64,000 bases of DNA from NCBI GenBank assembly GCA_016209705.1, contig JACQVR010000037.1:25080-89079 (forward strand), in the 5' to 3' direction. The stretch's first letter is position 1. The number at the start of each line of letters is the position of its first letter. The notes below the pieces were generated by a model. That model was not told where the DNA came from and did no database searches. It was given only the letters and a program-made list of their open reading frames with translations. The position numbers and the translations under genes are program-made. Shown here one piece after another: positions 37,052 through 46,394 of the stretch. This stretch comes from Planctomycetota bacterium (lineage in GTDB: Bacteria; Planctomycetota; MHYJ01; JACPRB01).

Positions 37052-38206
37052 TTATTCTGGCTCCTGGCTTCTGACTCCTGGCTTCTGGTTTATCGCCTTC
37101 TCATAGATCCGGTAGATCTTGTACGGCTTTCCCCCCATCTGCCGGATCGGCCGGTTCATCGGTTCGTTATCCTCCAGGGTCCACGAGAGCTCCGCGGCCT
37201 TGTAGCCCAGCTTCTGGTTCGCCTTCATGTACATGTCGTAAAAAAGAGCTCCGATTCCGGAATGCTGGTGCGCCCGTTTCACGCCCAGGGCCAGGATCCG
37301 GAAGGCGGGGATCTTTCGCAGGATCGGCTTGAGGAAATAGAACCATCCGAACGGGAAAAGCCGGCCGTTGGCGCGGCGCAGGGCGTGATTGATGTCCGGC
37401 AACGCCAGCGAGAATCCCACGGGAGCGCCGTCGAGATAGGCGAAGTACACGAGTTCCGGCAGGACGACGGGACGGAGGTCCTCGGCCGCGAATCGGATCT
37501 CCGCTTGCGTCATGGGGACGAACCCCCAGTTCTTGCTCCAGGCGTCGTTGTAGATCTCCATGATCAAGCCCAGCTCATCTTCGAAGCGCGAGAGATCGAG
37601 CGTTCGCAGCGTGACGCGGGACCTCTCGGACACCTGGGCGGCAACGCGCGCCACCTTGTCGCGGACCACGTCCGTGTCCAGCAGGATGTACGCGTAGAGG
37701 TCCTTGGCCTTGGCGTATCCGGCGGCCTCGACCAGGCGGGGATAATATTCCGGGTTCACCGTCATCAGCACGAACGGAGGCCATTTGAACCCCTCGATCA
37801 GCAGGCCGCACGGATCGTTGATGGAAGGGTTGACGGGGCCGCGGATGCGGTCGAGCCCTTGGGCGCGGATCCATCCTTCGGCGGCGGCCAGCAAGGCGCG
37901 CGCGGTGTCCGGGTCGTCTTCGGATTCGAAATAGCCGAAGAAGCCGATGTTCTCGCCGTGAAACTCCGCATGACGGGAGTTGGTGATCGCCGACACGCGG
38001 CCCACGAGGCGCCCGTTGCGGCGGGCGAGGAAGTGGCGCGCCTCCGCGTGCCGGTAGAAGGGATTGCGCGCCGGATCCAGTTGCCGTCGCTCGGATGAGA
38101 TCAAGGGCGGGATCCAGTTTCGATTCCCCCCGTACAACGCCCAGGGCAGGCGGATGAACGCGTCGAGGTCTTTCGCCGTCCGGACCGGCTGGATATCCAG
38201 GCTCAT
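37052..38206 (-). CDS. Large GNAT-family N-acyltransferase (about 384 aa)
   Basis: Start MSLDIQPVRTAKDLDAFIRLPW. Acyl-CoA-binding-like core ILALGVKRAHQHSGIGALFY. Lies immediately downstream of the alpha-oxoamine synthase gene. Confidence 0.7.
   Translation of the reverse strand: MSLDIQPVRTAKDLDAFIRLPWALYGGNRNWIPPLISSERRQLDPARNPFYRHAEARHFLARRNGRLVGRVSAITNSRHAEFHGENIGFFGYFESEDDPDTARALLAAAEGWIRAQGLDRIRGPVNPSINDPCGLLIEGFKWPPFVLMTVNPEYYPRLVEAAGYAKAKDLYAYILLDTDVVRDKVARVAAQVSERSRVTLRTLDLSRFEDELGLIMEIYNDAWSKNWGFVPMTQAEIRFAAEDLRPVVLPELVYFAYLDGAPVGFSLALPDINHALRRANGRLFPFGWFYFLKPILRKIPAFRILALGVKRAHQHSGIGALFYDMYMKANQKLGYKAAELSWTLEDNEPMNRPIRQMGGKPYKIYRIYEKAINQKPGVRSQEPE
37057..37088. repeat. CAGAAGCC-family stutter repeat (half element)
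   Basis: The sequence is ctggctcctggcttctgactcctggcttctgg. 37028-37088 aligns with 25240-25291. It contains the stop codon and last codons of the GNAT gene. Confidence 0.65.
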
Positions 38207-38208
38207 GC

Positions 38209-38257
38209 GACTTTGGACTTCGGACCTTAGACGACGGACATCCGACATCGGACTTTT
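38209..38257. repeat. GACTTCGGAC / CATCGGA stutter repeat
   Basis: gactttggacttcggaccttagacgacggacatccgacatcggactttt fills the spacer between the two lipid-type genes. Confidence 0.65.
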
Positions 38258-39473
38258 AGATGACGCCGACTTTCTTTCCGATCTTTTCCATGATTCCGAT
38301 GACCCGATCCAGAATTTGATCCGTGTGCGTCGCCATGTAGCTCGTACGCAGGAGCGCGAGGTCCGGCGGAACGGCGGGGGGGATGATCGGATTGACGAAG
38401 ACGCCCGCCTCGAAGAGCTCCCGCCAGAAGAGCATGGTCCGGTCGATGTCGCCGATGATGAGGGGCACCACGGGCGACTGTGTTTTTCCGATGTCGAAGC
38501 CGAGGGCGCGGAACGCCTGCTGCATCTTGCGGGTGTTTTTCCACAACCGTTCCCGGCGCTCGGGCTCCTTCTCGAGGATGTCCAGCGCCGCCAGCACCGC
38601 CGCGACCGCGGCCGGAGGCATCGAGGCGGAAAAGATAAGCGCGCGGGCGTGATGCTTGATGTAGTCGATCGCGGCGGCTTCTCCCGCGACGAATCCCCCC
38701 AGCGAGGCGAACGACTTCGAGAAGGTGCCCATGATGATGTCGGATTCCTTCTCGACGCCGTAATGCTCCGCCGCGCCGCGTCCGTGGGCTCCCAGAACGC
38801 CGATGCCGTGCGCGTCGTCCAGCAGAATGCGGAACCCGAAGCGCTTCTTCAAGGCGACGATCTCGTTCAGATTGCCGAGATCTCCTTCCATGCTGAAGAC
38901 GCCTTCGGTGATGACCAGGACGGCGCCCTGCGATTCCTCCATCTCGACCGACGTCAGGATGCGCTCCAGGTCTTGGATGTCGTTGTGCTTGTACTTGATC
39001 GTGCGCCCGAACGCGAGGCGGCAGCCGTCGATGATGCTGGCGTGATTCATCCGGTCGCACAGGATGACGTCGTCGCGGCCGACCAGCGTCGAGATCGCTC
39101 CCAGATTCGTCTGGAAGCCCGTCGAAAAGAGCAGGCACTTTTCCTTGCGCATGAATTTGGCCAGGCGGCGTTCCAGCTCTTCGTGCAGATCGAGCGTTCC
39201 GTTGAGGAACCGCGATCCGGTGCAGCCGCTGCCGTACCGCTCGACGGCGCGCCGGCTGGCTTCCTTGACTTTGGGATGGGAGGTCAGGCCCAGGTAGTTG
39301 TTCGAGCCGATCATGATCATCTTCCTGCCGTTGATGATCACTTCGGCGTCCGCGCCGCTTTCGATGGCCTTGAAGTACGGATACAGCCCGTTGGCTTCAG
39401 CTTCCTTGTGTCGGGTGAAGTTGCGGCACTTTTGAAAGAGATCGACCCGACCGCTTTTCGTCGCCCGTGACAT
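38256..39473 (-). CDS. PLP-dependent alpha-oxoamine synthase (serine palmitoyltransferase / KBL / BioF family)
   Basis: NNYLGLTSHP, DDAHGIGVLG and GTFSKSFASLGG (PLP-lysine motif). 405 aa. Confidence 0.85.
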   Translation of the reverse strand: MSRATKSGRVDLFQKCRNFTRHKEAEANGLYPYFKAIESGADAEVIINGRKMIMIGSNNYLGLTSHPKVKEASRRAVERYGSGCTGSRFLNGTLDLHEELERRLAKFMRKEKCLLFSTGFQTNLGAISTLVGRDDVILCDRMNHASIIDGCRLAFGRTIKYKHNDIQDLERILTSVEMEESQGAVLVITEGVFSMEGDLGNLNEIVALKKRFGFRILLDDAHGIGVLGAHGRGAAEHYGVEKESDIIMGTFSKSFASLGGFVAGEAAAIDYIKHHARALIFSASMPPAAVAAVLAALDILEKEPERRERLWKNTRKMQQAFRALGFDIGKTQSPVVPLIIGDIDRTMLFWRELFEAGVFVNPIIPPAVPPDLALLRTSYMATHTDQILDRVIGIMEKIGKKVGVI

Positions 39474-39643
39474 AGTGATGGGATTCGTTCCGGACCTCGA
39501 TGCGCATGTCCCCCCTGCTTCGGCGCTCGCGTCGAAAACGGTCTCGGGGGTTCCGGCCGGGCTCTCTCCTGCCGCGGGCCTCCAGGAAGCGGGGTATCGG
39601 CGGGATATTGTAACCGTGGAATATGTGAATTCAATTAGAAATC

Positions 39644-41467
39644 TTATTCGTCTCCCCTCACGGCGCTCATGATCTTCTTGATTTCCTCCAGGCGGCCCGG
39701 AGCGTGCTCCGCGGCCCTTTGAAGGTCCTGTAGGGCCGGCTCCCTATCTCCTCGCGCGGCGCGGGCGCGGGCGCGGGTCAGCAGCGCGTCGACGTTGGCC
39801 GTGTCTGCCTCGTAGGCGGCGGTGGCTTCCGCGATCGCGCGGTCATAATCTTTTCGATCCAGGAAGAGGGCGGCCCGGAAGGCGTGCACTCGGGAGGTCG
39901 CGGCCGGATGTCCCAAAAGCTCCTCCGAGTCGGCCAGGGCGCGATCCGGATGGCCGGCGCGCGCCAGCGCGTCGAGACGGTCGATCGCCAGGGCGAGATC
40001 GTGCGGATCCTCCGCCCGCAGCGCGTCGAATTCTCGGAGCGCTTCGTCGGCCTCCCCGGACCGGGCCAGGGCCCGGGCGCGGGCCCGGCGATAAGCGTTC
40101 TTCGGCTCGGCTTCCTTGGCGCGGTTCCACGCCTCCGACCAGTCCTGCACCGCCTCTTTCCAGGCGCCGCGGCCGGCCCGCAGTTCCGCGCGCACGCGGT
40201 AGGCGTCCGCGGCGTCCGGCGCCGCGCGAATGGCGGCGGCCGCGTCGGATTCGGCCGCTTCGATCCTGCCCCGCGCTTCGTGGAGCCGGGCCCTCAAGAT
40301 CCAGGCGGAAGGGTCTTCCGGGTGCGCGTTCAGCAGCGACGTCGCCGATTCGACGGCCAGGTCCAGCAACGAACGGTCTCGCTGGCCGCCGCGTGTCCAG
40401 GCTTCCAGCGCCATGTCCGCGTGCCGCCGCGCCGCGTCGGAGTGGCCGGGCCGAAGCTGGACGGAAACGCGGAAATGCTGCGCGGCCTCTTCGTAGAGTC
40501 CCTCTTCTTGAAAGAGCAGGCCGCGCAGGTAGTAGGCTTCGAAGAAGTTAGGGTCGCGGGTCAGGGATTCCCCCAGCGCCTCGATCGCCGGGCCGCGCTT
40601 GCCCAGCCGCAGGAGCGCGGCGCCGAGGTAGGCATGCGGCTCGGCCGCGTATGGATAGACTTGGGTGGCGTTGAGAAAATCATCGCGGGCCTCGGAGTCC
40701 TCCTTGAGCCAGAGGCGGGCGACGCCGCGCATCAGGAGCGCGAACCATTCGGTGCGATCGGTCTCGATCGCCACGGAACAGGATCCCACAGCGAGACGCG
40801 GTTTGTCGTCGCAGATCTGAAGGCCGGCCAGCAGAAGGCATTTTTGCAGCGGGTCGGGCAGGCGGTTCATGGCGCGGTTGAGGTCGCGCATGGCCTGCTC
40901 GTGCAGGTCCTTCAGGGCGGCGCGTTCGGAAGGATCCAAGAGCGTCCGCCGCAGCAGGAGGCGTACGCGCAGGAGACCGCGAAACATGCTCGAGATGGAG
41001 AAGTAGGCGGGCTTGCCGTCGGGATCACGCCCGACGGATTCGACCGCGTCGCAGGCTTGGGTGTACTGCGCTTCGGCGGTGGCGAAATCGTGCCGCAGTT
41101 CGTACGCGCGTCCGGCGAGCGTGAGGGCTTCGTCGTTTTCGGGCTGCATCGACAGGATTTCGTACGCGCCGGTGGCGATCGCGTCGGCGAGGGTCTTGAT
41201 GGATTCGATCTCGTCGGGCGAGCGGCCGGCGCGGGCCAGGCGATCGGCGCGCCAGAGGTCGTCGCGCAGGCTCTGCATCTTCCAGGCGACGCGCCGCCGC
41301 TGCGCTTCGCGCGTGAGCAGGTCGGCGGCGGTGGAACGGTGCCGCAGTCCGACGATGACGGAGGCGGCGCACAGGATCAAGAGCAGGATCGTCAGGATAT
41401 TTTGGAGGATCAGCTTGGCGCGGTCGGGCGTTTTGACGATGACTTTCGAGGGGGACATGACGCGCAT
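39644..41467 (-). CDS. TPR repeat protein with N-terminal membrane anchor
   Basis: 607 aa. TM segment ILTILLLILCAASVIVGL and many TPR-like units (YYLRGLLFQEEGLYEEAAQHFRVSVQLRPGH and others). Confidence 0.7.
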   Translation of the reverse strand: MRVMSPSKVIVKTPDRAKLILQNILTILLLILCAASVIVGLRHRSTAADLLTREAQRRRVAWKMQSLRDDLWRADRLARAGRSPDEIESIKTLADAIATGAYEILSMQPENDEALTLAGRAYELRHDFATAEAQYTQACDAVESVGRDPDGKPAYFSISSMFRGLLRVRLLLRRTLLDPSERAALKDLHEQAMRDLNRAMNRLPDPLQKCLLLAGLQICDDKPRLAVGSCSVAIETDRTEWFALLMRGVARLWLKEDSEARDDFLNATQVYPYAAEPHAYLGAALLRLGKRGPAIEALGESLTRDPNFFEAYYLRGLLFQEEGLYEEAAQHFRVSVQLRPGHSDAARRHADMALEAWTRGGQRDRSLLDLAVESATSLLNAHPEDPSAWILRARLHEARGRIEAAESDAAAAIRAAPDAADAYRVRAELRAGRGAWKEAVQDWSEAWNRAKEAEPKNAYRRARARALARSGEADEALREFDALRAEDPHDLALAIDRLDALARAGHPDRALADSEELLGHPAATSRVHAFRAALFLDRKDYDRAIAEATAAYEADTANVDALLTRARARAARGDREPALQDLQRAAEHAPGRLEEIKKIMSAVRGDE

Positions 41468-41587
41468 TATAGAAGGATACCCGCGAAGCCGCTGGATTAA
41501 TGAACGAGGGGGCGAGAGCGCGGTTCAGCGGAAAAGAAAGCCCTCGGAAGGGCCGCTTCCGAGGGCTGTTTCGTGCGGGCGGGATGG

Positions 41588-42361
41588 CTACTTCTTCTTC
41601 TCGATCGCGTTCTTGGCCGCTTCGGGTATTTCGACGGTCGTTGAGCCGTTGTCGGACAGCGTGACGGTCCGGTGGGCGGACCATTCCAGTTCCATGCCGC
41701 CCGCGTTGCGCGTCATGGTCCCTTTGATGAGATACTTGACGATCCGGCCCTCGGGGTCGACCCAGAGTTTGGCGTTTCCGGAGTATTCGGCTTCGCCCAT
41801 GGCGCCCATGAACCGGCCGGAAGGCATCATGTCCTCGAGGGCTTGCCGCGCGCCGTCATCGGTCAGGTCCGCTTCGAGGACGGCGCATTCCACGTCTCCG
41901 ATCGCTTCCTTTTTGTCGAGCTTCTTGGCCTTCTTGATCTTGGCGCCCAATTTCGAGAGAAGGTCGTGGGGCGATTTCATGGGCTTGAATCCCAGACCCT
42001 GGAAGAGCCGTTGGATCATGCGGCCCTGGGCCGCGGGGTCTTTTTCGTCCTCTTCCACTCGCTTCCATTCCGCGAGCGGGCGCATGGCGATCTTGCCGTC
42101 GATGATGACGTACTCGTGCGTGGCGGTGCGGAGGTACGTTCCGGCGTCCTTCTGGAACTTGCCTTCGAACTTCTGAGGTTCGAGGTCTCCCGCGGCGGCG
42201 CCGAACATGTCGGGCAGTTCGATTTCCGTCTGGCCCTCGAAGGCGTAGCTTGCGAACGCGCCCGCCTTCTTGGCCGCTTCGGCGAATTCCTCCTTGGCAT
42301 CCTGAGCATTCGCCCGGGGGGCGACCAGAAGCAGCGCGGCGATCGCTCCGAAATATCGCAT
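41588..42361 (-). CDS. Hypothetical secreted protein
   Basis: Start MRYFGAIAALLLVAPRANAQ (signal peptide). 257 aa. No family recognised with confidence. Confidence 0.55.
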   Translation of the reverse strand: MRYFGAIAALLLVAPRANAQDAKEEFAEAAKKAGAFASYAFEGQTEIELPDMFGAAAGDLEPQKFEGKFQKDAGTYLRTATHEYVIIDGKIAMRPLAEWKRVEEDEKDPAAQGRMIQRLFQGLGFKPMKSPHDLLSKLGAKIKKAKKLDKKEAIGDVECAVLEADLTDDGARQALEDMMPSGRFMGAMGEAEYSGNAKLWVDPEGRIVKYLIKGTMTRNAGGMELEWSAHRTVTLSDNGSTTVEIPEAAKNAIEKKK

Positions 42362-42484
42362 CGTTCCTCCTTGTGGGTAGCGAGGGAAAACCTTGGCCGC
42401 CGAACGGGGCGGATGGGGGCGGCTATAGATGATACGTGGCAAGCGCCGTCCATGGAAGGGAGCAGCTTCTGGTGCCCATGGTCC

Positions 42485-42517
42485 TGTTACGATATTATTT
42501 GAAAATATTATGTAACA
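42485..42517. promoter_or_regulatory. AT-rich palindromic TGTTAC-N21-GTAACA unit (single copy) in a divergent intergenic region
   Basis: tgttacgatattatttgaaaatattatgtaaca has the same architecture and TTTGAAAAT core as the three tandem units at 63781-63876. Confidence 0.5.
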
Positions 42518-42560
42518 GTCCGCAGGTATCTTTCTTTGACCCGATCTGGGCGGCGCGAGT

Positions 42561-42797
42561 ATGATTCGGCGCGTGAGCCGGGGGGTACGGCGAAGGCGAA
42601 GTCGGCGGTCCGCGGACGCGGAGAGGGGCGCCTCGCGGGATGAAGGGCCCGTGTGTCCTTACTGTCGCGCGCCGGTGTCGTGGGAGACGCTCTGCACGAC
42701 GGAGACGGAGATATCCATTTACGTGCGGGAAAAGATGTACTATTGCCCGTCCTGCCGCGCGGTATTGGGGATTTCATCGTGGCATTCCGAAGGATGA
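42561..42797 (+). CDS. Small zinc-ribbon protein (hypothetical)
   Basis: 78 aa. Arg-rich N-terminus, then CPYC...CPSC cysteine pairs. Confidence 0.35.
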   Translation: MIRRVSRGVRRRRSRRSADAERGASRDEGPVCPYCRAPVSWETLCTTETEISIYVREKMYYCPSCRAVLGISSWHSEG

Positions 42798-42857
42798 GCC
42801 CGCCGCTCCTTGACGGCGCGCGGTTCGGGCCTTATATGTACGTCGCCGCGCTTTCGT

Positions 42858-42931
42858 GGGGGTGTAGCTCAATTGGTTAGAGCAGTGGATTGTCGATCCA
42901 CAGGTTGCGGGTTCGAGCCCCGTCACCCTCG
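42858..42931 (+). tRNA. tRNA-Asp (anticodon GTC)
   Basis: Folded by hand. Acceptor GGGGGTG/CACCCTC, D stem GCTC/GAGC, anticodon stem GTGGA/TCCAC with loop TTGTCGA, T arm with TTCGAGC loop, discriminator G. No encoded CCA. Confidence 0.9.
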
Positions 42932-42963
42932 CCTTTACTTGTTGTCGTGCAAGGAGTTGTGTT

Positions 42964-43597
42964 TTACGACCCTTCGTTGCTGTTTCGCGGAGGGACCCGC
43001 GTAGCGAGTTGCGTAGTGGTTGGGGCCACTACCTGTAGTGGCGCCTGTGGACACCTCCCGCCCACTCCCAACAGCTCCACAGCCCGCCTCAGATCTCCCG
43101 GCGCAAGGTGCGAGTAGCGCATCGTCATCACGATGCTCCCGTGCCCGAGCAGTTCCTGGACGGCTTTGATGGGCACGCCCGCCTGGACGAGCCGCGAGGC
43201 GAAGGTGTGCCTCAGGTCATAAAACCGGAATCCTTTCAGCATTGCCGGCCGGATCGTGTACTCCCAGTCGATCTTCTTGTCGCACCAGCGGTCGCGTGTA
43301 TCGGGGTTCGCGAAGACGTAGGAGCATCCATCGTAGCGCCGCTGCGCGCGTGAGCACGGCCATGAGCGACTCGTTGATGGGAATGTAGCGCGTCCGCTTA
43401 TTCTTCGTGAGGCGGACGCGAATGAGCCGCTGGTCGAGGTCGACGTCCTCCCACTTGAGCTCAAGGATCTCGCCGCGACGCATGCCGGTGTAGAGCGCGC
43501 AGAGAACGATGGATCGCAGCGCCGGCGAGCAGGCCGCGAGAAGCCGCTTCTCTTCGTCATCCGTCAGATAGCGAAGGGGAAGGAGACACGTTACCAA
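42964..43597 (-). pseudogene. Tyrosine recombinase/phage integrase, N-terminally truncated and frameshifted
   Basis: Catalytic domain is split over two frames. The first part is LCALYTGMRRGEILELKWEDVDLD...YIPINESLMAVL. The second part is RAQRRYDGCSYVFANP...FRFYDLRHTFASRLVQAGVPIKAVQELLGHGSIVMTMRYSHL. The frame switch lies near 43345-43360. The core-binding domain is absent. Confidence 0.75.
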
Positions 43598-43616
43598 TCA
43601 AAAGCGGGTAGTGCCC

Positions 43617-43946
43617 TCATATCCCCTTCTGTACCGGCGAGCTATCGGTTCGCCTGTAATCGTTGGCGATCGATGATCGAACAGCCGCCGTGGGAGAGTC
43701 AACGGGGGGCACCTCCAAGACCGCGAAATACCGGGTTTCCTTGTCGCCCGATCCGTAGGCATGACCCCAAGCGTAGCACCGGCGTACTCTAGGATGGCCA
43801 ATGAGTTCGAAGACCTCCACGACGCCTTGCCACACGACCTCTTCACGAAACGACTCCACGACCGGCACGGATTCAATATATCTCGCATCGCAGCCGTGCA
43901 GTCGAAGAATCGCATCGCGCAGCCCCTCGATTTTGTCCATAGTCAC
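43617..43946 (-). CDS. Hypothetical protein
   Basis: 109-aa ORF in a lower-GC stretch. No family recognised. Confidence 0.4.
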   Translation of the reverse strand: MTMDKIEGLRDAILRLHGCDARYIESVPVVESFREEVVWQGVVEVFELIGHPRVRRCYAWGHAYGSGDKETRYFAVLEVPPVDSPTAAVRSSIANDYRRTDSSPVQKGI

Positions 43947-44055
43947 GGGGTCACCTTAACAAAATCAGCCACTATCCAATAGTCCCTTGCGATCTCGACC
44001 GCCATCGCGGAAGTCATCCGGAGGCTGAAGGGCCGCCGCACGAAGTTTCGGACGA

Positions 44056-44586
44056 CTATCCCTGCATCGGCGCTCGAGAGAGCCGGGTTCGAAAGACAAA
44101 ATCCGCGATCGGGAATACCACGTTCAGGTTCCGCATCGGCTGAAGATGATGCAGCCGGTGGTGCCGGTCGATCCAGCGGAAGAGGCGGGTCGATTGAAAC
44201 CAGCGGGGACCCGGCACGTGCATGCACCAATGGAGGTATTCGTACAGGCCATAGTAGAGGAAAACCGCGGCCATGAAGCCCGGCACGATCCACCACGACC
44301 CGATCAGCCATGCGGCCAGGACGCCCAACGGGGCATTGGTGACAAACAAGACCGGCGCATTCCACCAAGCCATCGTCACGAGGTTCCGATGCGCCTCGCT
44401 TCGCAGGTGGTAGTTCCACCCTGAGCCGAACGTCTCATGGTGCGTGATCGCGTGCGCCTTGAAGGGATAGGTTACGAAGAGAAGCGGTCGGTGCAGCATA
44501 AACCGGTGGAGCGTCCACTCGAAGAAGCTCCCGTAGACAAGTCCGCCGATGAAAGCCAAAAGAAGCGCCATTAGAATGAGCAGCAT
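44056..44586 (-). CDS. Fatty acid hydroxylase/sterol desaturase superfamily membrane protein
   Basis: Histidine boxes HRFMLH, HAITHH, HWCMH and HHRLHH. GGAGAAAGG lies 8 nt upstream of ATG 44586. Confidence 0.7.
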   Translation of the reverse strand: MLLILMALLLAFIGGLVYGSFFEWTLHRFMLHRPLLFVTYPFKAHAITHHETFGSGWNYHLRSEAHRNLVTMAWWNAPVLFVTNAPLGVLAAWLIGSWWIVPGFMAAVFLYYGLYEYLHWCMHVPGPRWFQSTRLFRWIDRHHRLHHLQPMRNLNVVFPIADFVFRTRLSRAPMQG

Positions 44587-44876
44587 GGATCTACCTTTCT
44601 CCGCCAACAGGCGTGTAGGCCCAAGAGGGACAGCCTCCAAAGAGCGCGGTCATCTGTATAGGATCGCCTCGGGGTCCATGGCGCGGGCCTTGGGAACAGC
44701 GCTCCCGCCCAGGGCGCGGCGGTATTCGTCGTACGAAGCGTAAAGACACACACACCTCGGAGATTTATGAATTCATCCTCGATCAGGCCAAACTACGGGA
44801 TGATAAAGTTGCCTCGTATCTCATTCGTTGTCTCCCCGTTAATGATCTGCATAGGTTACGGGTTACCACCGGCCCG

Positions 44877-45170
44877 CTACCCTTCACCCCCCACATCGTA
44901 CTCAGGAGTCACATCCGACATTTGATCCTTCATACTCAGAAGCCGCCCATGGAGCCCCGCTAACCAAGGGTTGAATCTCGTACCGTAAGGGGCGGAGATG
45001 AGAAGTTTGCCATCGAGCATGACGGTCTCGCCGCCGACCTTCGCAGCGGGGCGGGGCACCACGATCGCGTCTCGCTTGAGTCCGAGAGAGTCGATCACCT
45101 CGAGAACCCTATCGATCTGTCTTGCGGTTAGTAGTTGCATCTGTGTGTAATAGAGCAAATGGCAGGCCAC
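44877..45170 (-). CDS. Hypothetical protein
   Basis: 97-aa ORF (the alternative start MQLLTARQ sits 10 codons inside the ORF). No family recognised. Confidence 0.3.
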   Translation of the reverse strand: MACHLLYYTQMQLLTARQIDRVLEVIDSLGLKRDAIVVPRPAAKVGGETVMLDGKLLISAPYGTRFNPWLAGLHGRLLSMKDQMSDVTPEYDVGGEG

Positions 45171-45182
45171 ATCCCGAAGAAA

Positions 45183-45284
45183 TCATGCGCGCGCCATCTT
45201 TTTCGCCTTCTCGAGGACCTCGTTAATGCCCCCCACCATGTAGAACGCCTGCTCGGGCCCTCCCCGTCGCTTCCGAGCGTTCAT
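45183..45284 (-). pseudogene. Fragment resembling the extreme C-terminus of F1 ATP synthase beta subunit
   Basis: The minus strand encodes ...GPEQAFYMVGGINEVLEKAKKMARA*. It closely resembles the conserved AtpD tail (PEQAFYMVGxIEEAxEKAKK). Nothing AtpD-like lies upstream. Confidence 0.4.
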
Positions 45285-45918
45285 GTCGCCTGAAGGGAAT
45301 CATAATGGTGGAGATAGAAATCAATTTGATCGATGAGAAGGACCACCACGAATGGTCCTGTTTACGGCCCTATGTAGACCTGGGAAGGGAATAAATTCGC
45401 CGCCCTGCTTATTCCGAGCGAAGCGGAGCGGAATCGAGAGATTGTCAGGGAAATTCCTCTATTACGGGCCATTTAGGTCGAAGTGGCACGTGGATTGCTG
45501 CACTCATTGCGTAATGAAGAACAAACATAGGGGACTGCAGAGATCCGTCTCCCCTGGTCGTAGGCCCGGGCGGATTCATGCTTGCCCTGTCCGATTTGAA
45601 TGGAGATCTCGATCGGTTCGACAGGATCACTGGCGTTTTTGCCCGCTCCCCCCGAGACTGGCCGGAACGCATCTCGCCTTAAACCGGAGGAGTACTGTAC
45701 CGACTCTTGATCGACCAGAAGGGGAAGGATCAGGTAGTTGTTACCGGACGGGTACGGACCCGATTGGGACGGAAGATTGCGCCCGTACGATAGAGTAGCT
45801 CAAGCGGCACTGACGTCGTGGGCGCATCAGGCCGGCAGCCACATGCTTGTAAAGATGCGGTTGCCGGGGTGCCGCCTGAGCAAGCAGCAACGGCGATTCA
45901 GGCCCATGTGGTGAGGCG

Positions 45919-46315
45919 ATGGAAAAAAACAGAGGGTCCCGTGCGTTCCGCTGCCGGATAACTCTACAGGCTGAGGTGCGCGGCGCGAGGCGGCTTTTCC
46001 CGGGGCACACGCTCGATCTCTCGGTCGAGGGTCTTTGCATCTCCGGCCTCGTTCACCCGGATATCGATGAGCGGCCAAGGGGCTCACACTGTCTTTCCCC
46101 AACGGATTCCGGATCTCGCTCCCGGCCGAAGTGCGTTGGGTGAAGGAGAGGAACCGAAGGGCTACGCCCTCGGGGCCGAGTTCGCTCACACGGCTGATAC
46201 GCGCAAGAGGTTTCAGAAGCTTGCCTGGGAGATCGATAGCGGGGTGCTGAAGGGAAAACGGCGTATCCTGAAATCGCCGTCGACGGTGAAACCGAGTGAC
46301 GCTCCCGGCTCGTGA
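45919..46315 (+). pseudogene. PilZ-like domain, apparently frameshifted
   Basis: The first part, RAFRCRITLQAEVRGARRLFPGHTLDLSVEGLCISG, shows RxxxR and D/LSxxG PilZ-like motifs. It continues in another frame as KGYALGAEFAHTADTRKRFQKL. Confidence 0.35.
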
Positions 46316-46394
46316 TAAGGAGACGCGAACGAGAAGGACATATTGGGGCACTTTACCGCGGTGACATCGAGCTTTTGATTAACGAGGTTCATCT

